DNA of 64,000 nucleotides from assembly GCA_964252035.1 (NCBI GenBank), contig OZ176206.1, one strand, 5' to 3'. This document shows positions 23,333 to 37,200 of this stretch, piece after piece. This DNA comes from Podarcis erhardii. Taxonomy: Eukaryota. Below the pieces are notes generated by a model, which saw only the letters and a program-made list of their open reading frames with translations, did not search any database and was not told the origin of the DNA. The first letter of the stretch is position 1. Each line of letters opens with the position of its first letter. Position numbers and translations under genes: made by a program.

Positions 23333-25118
23333 GTGAGTGTGTATCGGCAAGGGTGACTATTGCAACCTGGGAAAGGGATGGACTTATCAGAGTGTGTCAG
23401 CGTTTAAATTCACCTGTACATCTTTGTCTTCCTCCCACTGACATTGGTCCAGACAGAGGTCAAAGTCTCCTGAGATACTGAGCAGATAGATATAGAGAGT
23501 ATTGTCTATTCTGTAATAATGAATGAAGATTCAGGTTTGGTCTCCCTTGTCAAACTGCACCCCCACCCCAGCACTCTTTACTAGTTCCTAGAAGGGAGAC
23601 TTCCTCTGAAGTGTGGGGGATAGGCAAGCTACCTCCATACCCTTAGAAGCATTGAGCTGTCCCCTGTTGGAGGCCGGACCAGGTGGTTGCTAAGGTCGTT
23701 TGGATGCTCATGTTCATATGTGCAAAGAGCTTTCCAGGTGCATCTCCCTTGCAGTTGAATGAAGGCTACAGGCAACTGCCCCTAGGAATAGGTCGTAACC
23801 ACTCAATAATTGTTGGATGTCTGGAGTAGATTCTGTTTGGGAGGATAATTATAGATGCTGCAGTGAAATCTACACTATGGGAGCTTCTCTTGGGAGAACT
23901 CATTAAGGAAAAAAAAGGGGGGGACAGATCTGCTCAAAATCCAAGGCCTGCCTGGGGTTGATTTAGGTCACTCATTGATGGAACTTGAATGAGTGTGTTC
24001 CTTCCACAGCCAGCATTGTGTCTCCTTTCTCACAACCTCTTGAAGCCTGTGAGTGGTCTCCTCTGTAGTTTCCCCCTCTTCCATTCTTTGTCTGGAAACA
24101 AGAGCAGAATCTCAGACTCTGGTCTCCTTCATGCATTCGCTTGATATGGTGAGAAGAACAAGGTGCATGATTCAGGCTTGGTGTTGGCTATGTGAGATCT
24201 GGGGCACTAGGCACTTTCCTAGACAAGAAGCAAAATAGCCCCAACAGCATATGCAAAGGATTTTGATGCCCCAATGAGCAAAACCTGATTGCACATCTTG
24301 GACCAGAGGAAGCATGTGCTCCTAGATGGAGATGAAGAGGTAGCAGCAAAGGCTGGTCCACAACACATTGGAGGAAAGTGCCAGGCTTTGCTCGGTGGGC
24401 CTGGAGTTGGAGCCTTTGCCTCCTGGTATCAAACAAAGTGGAACTCAAGATTCTGAATGAAGGGCTGATTTAATAGAAAAAGAGGAAGCTGCCTTAAACT
24501 GGGTCCAATCTAGCTCAGTACTGTCCATATTGACTGGCAGTAGATCTCCAGGGTTTGAGGATCCAAGCCACTAATGCCATTTCCCCTCTTCCCAGAGCCA
24601 GGTCCCTCCTTTACCCTCGAAGCCAGTCTTTCTTCAAAGCTGGTTCCCTCTTCCAAACAATTCAGAGTCCAAATCCATGCATGGTTAATGATTAGGGATG
24701 ATGGGAACTGTAGCATCTGGAGGGCACCATCTTGGCTGCTGCCTATGGCCCAGGTCAGTCTTCATCCCCCATCCTGGTGCCCTCCAAATGTTTTGCTGCC
24801 CTAATGGGCAAAGGAACGCAGCCAGCACAGCTGCAGAGAGCACCAGGTGCAGGAAGGTGGCGGCTGCAAAGTGTAGGCTTGCCTGATTTGGCTGCAGAGC
24901 ACGGTGACAGTGAACTGGGAAGGTCTCAGACTGTGAGCAGTCAGTTTGCTCCTCCAATCCACCCCCCTTCCCAAACTACTTAGGTGTGAACCTGCAGAAT
25001 TTATTTGCCTCTGAGTTGAAATACTCCCTTCCTCCTTGGCAGAGCAGGAAAGGAGAAGCAGAGGGGCGACAAGGCAATGCATGCCATTCTCCCATCTTAG
25101 CGCTGGTTGCCAGAGGCA

Positions 25119-25120
<2 letters not shown>

Positions 25121-25164
<44 letters not shown>
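25121..25164. repeat. (GT)22 microsatellite
   Basis: Direct reading. Confidence 0.97.
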
Positions 25165-25168
<4 letters not shown>

Positions 25169-26025
25169 CAGACCAAGAAAACCTGGGTGGCATAAAACCT
25201 ATGATGTGGTGTGCTTCCAGACAAGGGTTTGTTGTGGGATGTCTGCTCCTCATGCATTCCACCTGACACCATCAGATCAAAATGCTGGCCTGTGTCCCCC
25301 ACCCCATTTAATCCACATTCACCCTTCTGAAGGGAAATCTGATAAGTTTTTTTAAAACCAAAATCATAACCTGTTTCCAGTCATTCATCTGTGATATCTG
25401 AACAACCAGTTTATAATATTGTCCCCATCTAGAAGCCCCTGCAGAGACCATGAATTGTGTTCCTCTACCCAGCTCTCAGGACAGACTGCTTCCTCCTGAA
25501 TTTACCTTCCTGGATCAAAACATTTGGTTCTCCTCTCCCAAAGGCTGACTCCTGCATCTCCTCACCCCTTGCAAAGCACAGAAGGTAGTTGGCAAAGTCT
25601 AGAGAAGGTGGACATAGCGCAGAGTGAAACCAGAAGCAGGGCAAGATCTAGAGCAAGGAAGCAGGTTCCAGGCAGCTGGTCAGAACTGGGTAGTGCAGGT
25701 GAAGGGAGACATCCCAAGCAGCACAGAAGGAAACTTCACAAAATCCCCATAGATGGTGCCCAGCAAAGGAAGCCACCAAGCATTTACAAGCACAGCAAAC
25801 TGGAACAGAAGCATGAATTATGGCGGCAATGCATGGATAGTGTCCATTGCAGGAATCTGATGAACAGGTGAGAGGCTGAGACAGACTCCTCACCTGAAAG
25901 GTCACAGGTGCAACCAGTAGGTCCTACTTCTCACTAGGGAGGCTGTCAGTATATCCCTTTCCAAATTCTAGTGAATTCAAGGGGTCACAATACCTTCCAC
26001 GTTGTCAATCTTAACTCAAAATGGA

Positions 26026-26220
26026 GCACAGGAAGCTGCCTTATACTGAGTCAGACCAATGCTCCATGTAGTTCAGTAGTGTCTACACTGCCTGGCAGCA
26101 GCTCTCCAAATTGTCAGGCAGGGTTCTCTCCTAGCCCTAACTGGACATGAGATTGAGGACTGAACCTGGGACCTTCTGCATGCAAAGCAGATGCTTCACC
26201 ACTGAGCCACGTCTCTCCCT
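26026..26220 (-). mobile_element. tRNA-headed SINE with CR1-type tail; related copies near 1497-1670, 8387-8535, 24484-24555, 48522-48610, 57037-57180, 60405-60466
   Basis: GGCTCAGTGGTGAAGCATCTGCTTTGCATGCAGAAGGTCCCAGGTTCA head and GACTCAGTATAAGGCAGCTTCCT tail. Confidence 0.7.
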
Positions 26221-29200
26221 GATCAAAGCAATTATCAAAGGCATCCCCATTGGAGAGATCTGGGACCAAATCACAACACCAGCATGCAGCTCCTGGCTCT
26301 GTTTCCCCTTTTCAGATGACAAGAGTGCTCTGAGCATGTGCAAAATGTCTCACCACTTGGCTTGCTCACATGCACTGGAACTAAGGGCTAGGAAGCTGCA
26401 TGAGCCCCAGCACCTCTCTCAGAGTACCTTTTACTTCCCTCTCATTTCCAGCTCCCACTCACACCATTTTCTCATGAGCAAGGTTGCCAGTGGGCTCATT
26501 TTGCACCATGGACGCATTTCGGAAGCCCCCCACCAACCTCCTAAAAGTTGGCATAATTAGGAGCACAGATCCATTAACATTTGAGCATGCATAATGCGGG
26601 TCTGTGTAGCTCCCCTCCATTTTGTACTGATGCAGGAAATTGAAAAACCAAAGCAAATTTCTATTTTGAAAGCCCTCCTTGTGCCCTTCAGAATGGGGAC
26701 CACAAAGGACTCACCAGAGCATGTCTGGCCTTATGGCACGTTTAAAGACACTCTCCCCCCTCACAAGCCCCTGAAGTCAGTTAAATCACTGTAAACAATG
26801 CAAATAAACTGATCATTAGTTTACTGTTCAACTTTCACAAGAGACACTGCTTGTGCAGAAAGGAGGGGGAACGAAAGGCAGGCCAAGCCACCAGCTTCAG
26901 TGACTTCACCCTGCAGCAGAGGCGGTTTAGGATAGATCTTAAGACACATCTAGGGCTAAGTTCACACAGCAGCTTAAAACTGTGTGTCCTAGGTGTGCAT
27001 GCCTTTTTGCATTGTCCACAAGATGTCATCCTTACCCAAGTGTTAGCCTGCATTTTCCCCACCCTCTTATTCCACACTCTCTGGGCTCACCCACACTTCC
27101 CTGGGAAAACCTGATAATTAGCACTGAACTGGAGCAAATGTTGGTTGGGTTTTCTCCAAATTGACATTTGCTCTGATTTAGTACTAAAGAGAAGGTTTTC
27201 CAGGGCAAAGCAGCAGGGGAATGGCAAAACTGCTCGGAGCCATGCCTAGAAAGCATGTGACAAGTGGAACACCGCTCGGACCCGTGGACAAGCCCTCTCT
27301 TTTTTGAAATTACAAAGAATTGTGAAGAACCTGCAGCCAGGGCTTACCTCTTCATCTACTGGTCTTTCTTACAAGTTTGCTGCTAGGTGCTGAAACTGCA
27401 GGGCACACACCTTCAGGAAACGGGAGGCTGAAGAAGACCAGCAGGCTTGCAGAGAAAAAGGAAGTTGCTCACGTTGCTAATGAATTTCCCAGACTCAGGG
27501 AAATGTGAAGAACTGGGAACTTATAAGTAGCAATAGCAGTGGATTGGCCCTCAGTTGTCACCTGATTCAATGGCCCAGGAGGATTCTGGGACGTTGTGCA
27601 TAGCCCCCACTGGAGCTACCTCTGGTTCCTTCCTCCAACCCATGGAGCCAGTGCCTGACCTGGTTCTTGCCTCACAGCTCCTGATACTGGTTGCATAGAA
27701 GAATGTTACAAAAATGTGTTGGAAGAACCCTGGGACTACCCTGGGCCTAGCTGTCCTTTCCTCCCTCCCCCCAATCAATGAGGGTGGTTTTAAAAAAGAA
27801 AAGAAGAAGATTTTAATCTGATATTTGCTGTGAGCCACTGACTTCTATGGATGTAGCCCTGGCAGTAACCTTCATCAATGCTATATTACACCAGCAAGAG
27901 GTCTGGAGTAGAATGTGAAAAGAGAAAGAAATGACCAGGAGGGGACAGCATTGTCTGTGAGCCTAGAAATAAAGCAGTTTGAAAAATGAGACCTGCCTCT
28001 GCTCAGTTACTGAAACATGGTGTCAGAAGCAACCAACCCTTGCCGCCACCACTTTCTGCAAAAGCTGAAGAAAAGCTCAGGAAAGGCCAGGAAGGACTTA
28101 GCTAACTTTGAGCCAGGCTGCAGATAAAGTTCAAGGGTTGAGATTCATGAAGCAAGTGCTCTATGGTATGAAACAGACAGTGGAAGCCTTTTTGAACCAG
28201 GCAAAATGGGTTTTTGCAGTCAAGGACCTTCAGATGCTGTGAACAGGTCCATCCTGTCTGTGCACACATTGGTACATTCCCATGCATCATCTGGGGATCC
28301 TCCAAGGTGGGCCTTGTAGGGACTGTCTTGGAGCAGCTGCTCAGTCTGAGTAGGTCAAGTAGCAGCAAAGAGCTCTTGAGAAGACTAATAAGGAGAGAGA
28401 TTTAGACGCCATTCTGCACACTGCAAGGGGGGGGGGTGCGGTGCGCAGAGCAGAGCAGAAGACAAGCTGATGTACCACAAAGTTGGGTGGCCAGGTGCGT
28501 AGGACAGCTCTCTTTTGATACACTTGCCCAGTATCCTTAATTGACCTCTGAAATCCTAGTGGTTTGAATGGTTACAAAAGGTTTCTGAATTGTCTCTGTG
28601 TGTGTGTGTTTGCATAAATATTTGCATATGTGTGTGTAGTTTTCTAAAGCTCTGTTTTGCTCTGTTAAACTGCTGGGACCCCAGCAAGGTGGCTGGGTTT
28701 GTTGCTGGTGATGTTAGCAGCAGCAGTAGCTGTACACATTATCAGGAGAACGGGCAGAAGAACTGCTTGGTGGTCAGAGCTTAACCTCCCACTCAAGCCA
28801 TGATCTTGCAGGTGGGGAGCTTGATAAAACTCTGCCTCTTCCTCCAGAACTTCCCAAAGAGAAAGAGAGAGGGCAGGTCTTCAAGTCAGTTGCAGAGTGC
28901 ATCTCTCCTGCCCTCTCCACAGCTGCTCCCATAGGAGAAGGCTACTGAATCTGGGAAGGGGAGGCTCAGGAATCTCAAAGTTATTCAGAGGAGAAATAGA
29001 CATGGATAAGAAAGAGGAAACGGCTGGGCAGTGGTGCTAGCCTGGTAAAGCAAACACAGACCCCAGCCTGGATTGGGCCAGAGTTTACAGCAAGTGGCTT
29101 CTTCAAGCATTCACTGTTCGCTACAACATGTTGTGCCCATGTTGTGCTTCCAGAGGCTGAACAGTTGTATGGAAAGTTGCAGCTTGAGTCCACAGTGAAC

Positions 29201-31689
29201 AGTTCCAATGACCTGTTCACGACAGGTGAGGAAAATGTTGCCAGCCAGAAGCAAAGGGGGGTGGGAAGCAGTAGACTGAGGGTGATAACGCACTGAAGTT
29301 TGACGGGGGGAGGGTGAATTTCACAGCAATTTCCCTGCTAGTTGTTCACATCAACATGGCTTCAATTTGTTTTTGTTTGTGTACACACCAGGGCAAAGCG
29401 GGGGGGGGGGGGAGCAGTGGGCAGGGATATATTTACCCTATACAAAGTTGTTGGTAAGAGACAAATCAGGATCAGCTTAAGGGCTCTGATCAGTGTGAAG
29501 GTAGTTTGAGAAACAGGGCACCAAACAGGAGTCTTTTGTAATATTGGATACATATGCATTTTGGATATTGTTGTGTGAATGTGGATTAAAACTCTGCTCA
29601 GCCTTCCTCTCCCCTTGTCCTGTTTTACCTCTAGACATGTGGATATAGACAACAGTGCCTTTCTGAATGCATAAAGACCCCTGCATAGCTAGAGCTGGCT
29701 TCAAAACATCAGAGATTAGGGGGATGCTACTGCTGGGAAGGAAATGCCTTTTAGCCTGCTGGAATGGCCAGTGCAGGCCCTTAGGAACAGATAAAAAGAC
29801 AAGGCCTCGGCCCTTTATAACAAGCCCCTGTGTACCTGCCATTCATCCCAATGGGGCATGTGATGTGGGGGACCTCCTCATGGACTGTATCCAAATAGCA
29901 AACTGATAGGTCATGAGGGATGAACCACCATGGCAGAATAACTCCAGGAATGGAAGAAGTACTTCATGCTTCTACTGAATAATGCTTGCCTTGGCCCGTG
30001 TGGCAATGTGAGGGAATAAAATGACTTGTTCTGTGGTCAAAGAGCCACACTGTGGCCTTTGGTCATCACCCTCTCCATTCCTTCTTGTGCGATGCACTTG
30101 ATGAAGTGAATATTTTCTCTCTCTATCTCTGGCATGCATGCATGGGGTTCAGTTTTCACAATTCCAGGTTTCCACCAAGGACACAGCTTCATTTCAGGCA
30201 CCTTCGATCAGCAATTTGAAGGCGAATTGCTTAGCTCATGAGAATGGTCTAAATCTGGATGCCTAACGGTGCGTTTTCTCCCCCCCCCCCCGCCCCCTTC
30301 TCTCTCATGCTGCAGGATTCTCCCAGTTAATGAAGTGTTTTATGAACCCTACAGAAGCCTGCTTCTTGCTGTAGAGGTTACTGAAGCATCACAAACTGAG
30401 GTAAAAAATACAGCCCCCTTTGCTGCTTGTGTGATGCAGGGACCTATCCAGTCTTAGAGTTCAGAGGGCGCTGGGTGAGGCCTAGAAAATCAAGTGTAAA
30501 GGCAGGTCTTCCTCTAAACATGTAGCAGAACAAGGTGGCAGAATCCTGAGGGAGTGGAGTGCACTGTGCCACATCAGATGGAACATAATATTTTTTTAAT
30601 AAACAAAATACTCTTATGTAAAGAACTTGCAATCAAAACATGAGTTTGGGGGTGCAAATAAGTATTTCTAAAATGTGACAACTCCCCTCCAACACCTGCA
30701 TTTTGATATTTGCAATCTGAAATTATAACCATCTATTCTGCCACATCACAACTTATTTATTTGCAATATTTACAGACCGCCTTTCACCACAGATTGTCAC
30801 AAAGCGGTTTACGCAAAAATCAATAAAACACTTCCTCGTATATCAGTTTAACACAAACCAAAATCACAGATAAAAACATAACTTGAATAAATGAACTTGG
30901 ACAAATACACTTGAATAATGTACAATTATTTAAATACCTGCTAAAATAGAAAGGTCCTTGAGAAGTGTTTGATTGAAGTCCAGTAGAGAAGGGGTCTGTC
31001 AGATCTCAACTAGTGGGGAGTTCCACAGAATCAGGCCCACAATATGGACTGCCTGGCCCTTAGGAGACACAAGCCATGCATATCTGAGCCACAAATGGTG
31101 CTAAGTTCTTCTTTAATGCTAGGGGCTGCCTCCCCTGCTCACTCCACTTGCCAACTCCACCTGCCCCTTTGCCAACAGTCCTTTCCCCACACTTGACCCC
31201 CCCCTGCTTTACACCTCACCCATGCCCTTGCCTGTGCTCTCTCACAGCTCACTCTGCACACCCTCCCCCACCCAAGCTCACCCCAGGCCCCACCACCTTT
31301 TAAAGGAGAGTCAAGTGCTTCACAGAGCAGCTTGCTAAACTGCTGTGTGAAGTGTTTCCTGTCCTCCATTAAACCTTGCTGCAGGCCCATTGGTTGGTGT
31401 GGCTGTCTATTGGCAAGCCACACAAACTCCAGAGCATGACAACACTTTACATTTCTATGTATATAGACAGATAAAGCAAGGATATTCACTTTGTAGGCCC
31501 AAAACAAGTGGCTTTTTATCCACAAGCTGGCTAACACAGGAAAATGAAAGTAACCACAAGAAGAAACTGAAGGATTGATTCTTAGCTCCAACCCATAATA
31601 ACTGGAGACAATATTTAACTCTGTAATTACCAATTACTACATTGGCTTGCTAGCAGTGATTCCCTCAAAGACCTCAATGATCAGGGAAA

Positions 31690-31915
31690 GTTATAACTCT
31701 TTTAAGTGTCCTGGGCCCAAGTTGTTAAGGGTCTTGTAAATTAACACCATAACCTTTAAGTTGGTCTGGTAGCATATGGGCATAATACGAGTTATGTGCT
31801 GGCAATAGGCTGTCTCCACCAGCAGTCTAGCTGCAGCATTTTTCACCAGCCAGAGCTTCCAGACAAGGCGCAAGGGCAGCCCCACATTGAGTGTATTGCA
31901 GTCATCAAGTCTTTA
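31690..31915 (-). mobile_element. L2 LINE ORF2 fragment; other L2 pieces near 9350-9420, 15260-15320, 18480-18770, 30740-31100, 41130-41440, 62990-63060
   Basis: Minus-strand RLDDCNTLNVGLPLRLVWKLWLVKNAAARLL...CYQTNLKVMVLIYKTLNNLGPG. Confidence 0.75.
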
Positions 31916-32939
31916 CTGCTTCATTCGCTGTATGGTTAGGTCAGGCTTACAAAGCATTCATTGGTGCACAGTAGCAAGGAAGCAGAGAGCAGAGAGCCAA
32001 TCAGGAGGACAGGTCATTGACCAAGAGGCTCACTGTTTATCCAAAGTGCAACAGACCCTTCTCCCAGTCCCAGGCCGGTCTTAATCGATGACTACCAGGC
32101 TCAACTCACATGAAGTCACAAGGAACTGAAAAGGGTCGCTGTTGTTAATGATGCCAAGAAAGGCTTCACATCACCCTGTACGGTGTCAGGGATAGACCTT
32201 GTTGGGCACTTGCCAAGGCCCGCACACTTGCAGGGAGAGCCACTGCAACTCTCTGGAGACTCCTAGCCCTGCTGCAACTCCTCTTTGCTGTCACCTGCCT
32301 CCTCTGAGCATGCAAGGAGCAGCAGCAACAGCACCCTCAGTGCTGCCTTGTGCTTTCCCTCTGGGTAATTGTATGGATTGGGCCTGGAAAGAGAGGACAA
32401 AGTGAGCAGGCAGACATGCTGTGGAGGAGCGGGCCCACTGAAAGTGCCTTACCCGAAACCTAGAGCTGCCCCAGTAGAGAACTTTAGGAGAGCAAACTGG
32501 ACTAGTGGGTGGCTACTGCCAGGATCAGATTGTAGTCTGTCATTGGCAACAAGTGCCCATTCATACCCTAGTCAAGGGGTGGGAAAATCTGTAGCCCACC
32601 ATATGTTGTTGGATTTCAGCTCCCATCAGCCCCAGCCAACATGGCCAATGGCCAGGGGTGATGGGAGTCGTAGTCCAGCAAAGATGTCTATGGCCACAGG
32701 CTCCCCAGTCCTGCTGTAGGCATTGCGTGGTGGAACTGAAGCTGCTGAGCTACGGTTGTTCTGCTGCTGAGCTGGGAGGAAGGGGAAGTCCAGTGGAGGC
32801 TGAGGGCTCTGGAAGCACGCAGAAAGCTCTCACAGGAAGTCTGAGGTGCAGCACAGCACACTCTGCTTCCCTCTGGGAGTCCAAAATAGAAAATATAGAA
32901 GTGGTTGTGGGATTTCCACACAGACAAGGCTGCAATGAG

Positions 32940-33053
32940 ATTTACAGACAGAGCTGAGCTGCCTGCAGCAGCAGCAGTGACACGTGCCCTCTTCACTCAC
33001 TCAAGCCCTTCAGAGAGGACCTGTTTGAGGACAGAGGGCTCTCTCTGAAGCAG
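32940..33053 (+). promoter_or_regulatory. Candidate proximal alternative 5' UTR exon of the CYRI-like gene
   Basis: Strong donor CAG|GTAAGC at 33054, 547 nt upstream of the coding exon 1 acceptor; CACGTG E-box at 32981; no ATG in the segment. Confidence 0.35.
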
Positions 33054-33600
33054 GTAAGCTGGGAGGTCCTGCTTTCCCAAGGGTGCTGTGGGCGGGATGG
33101 TTTAGGAAGGAGAAAGGTAGTGGTGAGAAGCATTAAGAAGGAGGAGGGTCTACACTGGGCCAAAAAGGGGCTATGGACAGGGACCCCATTGGAAAAGGGG
33201 CTCTCAGTAAACACCCATTTCTGAATTTTGTACCATACATCTACATGGCGGAAGTGGTGCTGCTGCCACCCACCTTAGAACAGGCCGTGTGACCCAATTG
33301 TGGGCTCCGACCCCTCAACTGAAGACCAGTGTTTCTGAGTAGGGGAAGCCAGTGTGGTGCCCTCCAGAAGTTCCCTCACTCCCAGTTCCCACCCTCACTG
33401 ACCATTGGCTATGGGGGCTGCTGGGAGTTGGAGTGCCACACCTGGAAGGTACCACATGAGCTGCTCCTCCTTCTCTAGAGGAACTCTGTGCTCAGAGGAG
33501 CTTTCTTGCAGCCTTTCTCTTCCTCTCTCTCTCAATCTCTCTTTATTTCTCTCTGCCTCGGTTGTTTTCTTCCATCTTCTGTTCTGTTTCTCCCGCTCAG

Positions 33601-33681
33601 GTCTGCTGGCCATGGGCAACCTGATAAAGGTATTGGGCAAAGATTTAGAAAACTGTCCTCATTTTTTCCTGGATTTTGAAA
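33601..33681 (+). CDS. CYRIA-like: CYRI-like coding exon 1 (11-nt UTR; ATG at 33612; [23 protein letters not shown])
   Basis: Long pyrimidine tract ending cag at 33600, gccATGg Kozak context, donor A|gtaagt at 33682. Confidence 0.95.
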
Positions 33682-34197
33682 GTAAGTCCCATGCGCAAAG
33701 AAGGGACGGGGGTGGTGTCTGTGATTACTGACAGAAGGAGTTGCTGTTCTCCACAAATTTTGGGGGTTACACTTTACTATATAAATATTTGAGGTGGTGC
33801 CAATATACTTTTTTTAAAAAATAAGAAGACTTTGTTGGGAAGCAGCAGGCAGTGACAACCAGACACTGTAACAGACTGGGCATAACTACACTACAGATTT
33901 GCAATTTAGCTGCCATGGCTGCTCCCAGAGAATCTTGGGAACTGGCCCCTCCCCCAAGCTGTCTTTGATGAACTGCAAAGTGAATGGGGTGGAAGCTGGC
34001 TTGAGGGAAGATGCATCAAACCACAGTCTTTCACAGGAAACTTCAGAATAGATATGGATTGTGGCTAATATCATGTGTACACAGCTTCAAACACCAGCAG
34101 TGGGAGTGCACTAGGGTCAGAGTAGACAATCATGTGTACACAGCCTAAGAAGAACTTTAACCTTGCAAAAGTGGGACTTAGGAAGTGAATATTAATA

Positions 34198-34240
<43 letters not shown>

Positions 34241-37200
34241 TGCATAGAAAGTTAAGTTCCACTTTTCCTGTTGAAAGCAATAGGATGAATATTAGTTGTG
34301 ACCAACATCCAACATGCCCTGCTGTTCCCAGTCAGGTGTGGTAACTAAAGTGTGAGCTGAGAACTGGGCAGTCCCTCCTTCAAATTGTGTTCACCACACT
34401 CAGACTACTATTTATTGGCCTTGGAATTTCCATCTGTAATATGTGGATATTAATTTATCTGGAAGAAACAGTTAAAGGATTACTGTGAAAGTGTATCTGA
34501 ATCACTCTTGAGTACTTAAAAGGACTATATTAAGTATTATTGTTTCCAAGAGGAGTTGGATAGAAATATCTTTCTCTGTCTGAGGGCCAATTTCCACAAC
34601 TTTTCAAACATTTGCCAAGTGTTTTACAGTTGACTGTCTTCACAATATTTCTTTCTTCAGAAGAAATCCATAGACTGACTAATAATAATAAAAATCTTTT
34701 AAGTGGCATACATAAAATAATATAAAATAATTATCAATAACACAGAAACAAAATCAACAGCATTTTAAAAACAATACACCTGCAAGGAATGCCAGGGTTT
34801 GAGAGATTTGTCCAAAACTACTCAAGGAACTTCATAGCAAGGAGAGATTTGGGCCTTGAACTCATGGGTCTAATCCCCAAACTCTAGGGTCAGTGACATC
34901 TTGGACTCATCAAAGAGGGAAAAGAAAAGGCAGCCTCTGATCTGGGCAGCAGCAAACCATTTCGTGCCAGCTGTTCTTATGCCCTTTCTGTGCTCCCAAC
35001 CTGGTGCCCTCCAGATTTTTTGCACTACAACTCCCATTGGCCCCAGCAGCATATCTGTATGATACTGGGGCTGATGAGAATTGGAGTCCAAATCATCTGG
35101 AGAACACCAGGTTGGGGAAAGCTGTTGCAGGGCTTTGTCTGTTGTTCCCTTTCCAAAGAGGTAAGGACTGATTCACAAAGGCCCTGCAGCATTTCTGGCC
35201 TGTTGCTATGGCCGCCAAGGCTATTGGGTCCTGCTAAGCAAACATGACTGACACCTGTGCCAATGTGTGGGCTGAACGAAGGCCTGATGGCTAAATAGAG
35301 CCCCTATGTGGGCAAATGCTTTGGCTGCCATCATAAATTAAACCTTTGGTGAGACTCTCCCAAACTTGCCAGCCATAGGTCCTGTTGAACAACCACGCTC
35401 CCCTTAGCCCCCAAATCTGGTTGGAGAACAGTGACTCTTGTCCTCCTCTGTTCCCTATCATTGGTCTTCCTCCCCATCAGTCAATGCACATCTCCATTCA
35501 GGGGCAGGAAGAGGTGGGGTGGGCCTCTCTATACTCAAACGTGGACCACCAACAGTTGTTTATTTTCTTCCCCTCTAGTCTAGCCTTCACTAGCCTGGTT
35601 CTCTTCAGGTGTTTTGGGCTACTACTCCATTGGGCTGATGGGAGTTGTAGTCCAGTACACCAGGAAAGAACCAGGCTGGCAGAGACTGGTCCAATTAATT
35701 GAGAACTGACTAAAACATATCTCTGAATGCTACAAAGTTTGTGGGCATGTTCACCTCATCACCAAGCACTCGCAGCCAAATAAGCCGTAACGTCTGGTTA
35801 GTGGTCCTATTTGAATGTAGAAATTGTTTGCTGAATGACTCTTCCTGCCACCCAGAAAGGGGCACCTTTCCCAGTGACATTCTCCCACAGACCTCTCCTT
35901 CCTTCCCCACCTCACTACCCATCATGCTTTTCTCCCTCTTGTCTCTTCTCTTGCAGGTAGCACATGGGGAACCTTCTTAAAGTGTTGACTTATAACGAGC
36001 TTGACCAAGGCCCTAATTTTTTCCTTGACTTTGAACGTGAGAAGGGATTTTTTTATTTTTTTGCCTTTGTTTTCATTCATGACTTTCTTTCATTGATTTA
36101 ATTCATGATTAAAATTGATTTATTTCGTTTTGTGTAGAGGTGTAGAGGCAAGGGCTTGTATCCTCAGGGCAGTTTCTTGTGGATTCAGTGCTGCTCAGGC
36201 ATACAAATGGTTTTTTTGCAGCATCCACACAATGTTGACCTCACCAAAATGCCATCCCATGTCCCTATCCAGATTTACCACTTCCACAAGTTATTTACTT
36301 ACCAGATTTCTCATGGAAGTGGTAAAAAAACAAAACAAAAATTCCATATAAAAAAGGAGAATAATATGGGACAGTATTTTTGTGAGGTGGGTGTCATGTG
36401 GATGCTGCAAAAACATTACTGAATGAGCAGCCCCGAGTCAGCAATAAACTGCCATGTGGAATTCCCCAAGAAGCTTCAGGGTGAGATCTAGAGAGGCAGA
36501 GGAGGGAGTCAGGAACCAGACAAGATAATGGCTGCTGGGCTGTGCACAGCAGAAATATGCTTCTGTTGCAGGTGCAATGCCTTCTCTCTGGCAAGATTAT
36601 CATTATATAGCAGTGAGAAAGGGCAGTAGCCAATCACACTGAGAGCAAAGGAGGTGGAGCAAGGGAAGAGATTGGTGGACCTTCTCAGAACCCTGGATAG
36701 TGGACAGTTGTTTTCTGAAGGGGAGGGTGATGGGCCAGAAAGTAAGGCTTCTCCTCCAGCAAAGCGCTCAGAAGCTCCCACATTTGGAGACGTCCTACAG
36801 GCAGCAGTCTGCATCTCCTCCAGAGTGACGGCCTGACTGCAGCCACATTTCCAGGATTTGTTAGAGTTGTGCTAGCTTCTCAGTGAAGAGGCATTTAGCA
36901 GCCCTGCGGTGTCCAGGCAGCACTGCCAAACAATTAACTTTCAGGGTTTGAATGGCACATTGCCACACCTCCTCACAAGCAGACACCAGCCTGGACCTCG
37001 ACTGCTGTAGGTGGGCTCTGTGTGCCTGACCCCCTCCCCCTTCTCAAGCTCCCATAGGGTGTGCATGAGAACTGCTGGGCCCTAGGACTGCTGAAGGTAT
37101 GTGGTCTGGGGAGAGAGGCATGGAAGACGAGTTAGCGCTAGATAAGGCAGACAGGCCAACAGCCCTGGAGCCCTGCTTTGGGGAGGAGAGTGGGGGGCAG

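Noticed and set aside
30099-30104. TGATGA as a snoRNA C box
   Set aside because: No D box (CTGA) or terminal stem at a suitable distance.
1-33000. Exons of expected syntenic neighbours (BMP8, OXCT, PPIE, HPCAL4)
   Set aside because: No matching peptide motifs in the ORF track or in my reading; short exons could have been missed.
34070-34144. 16-bp direct repeat ATCATGTGTACACAGC with a 43-nt spacer (CRISPR-like spacing)
   Set aside because: Only two units in a vertebrate intron; looks like a duplicated MITE terminus.
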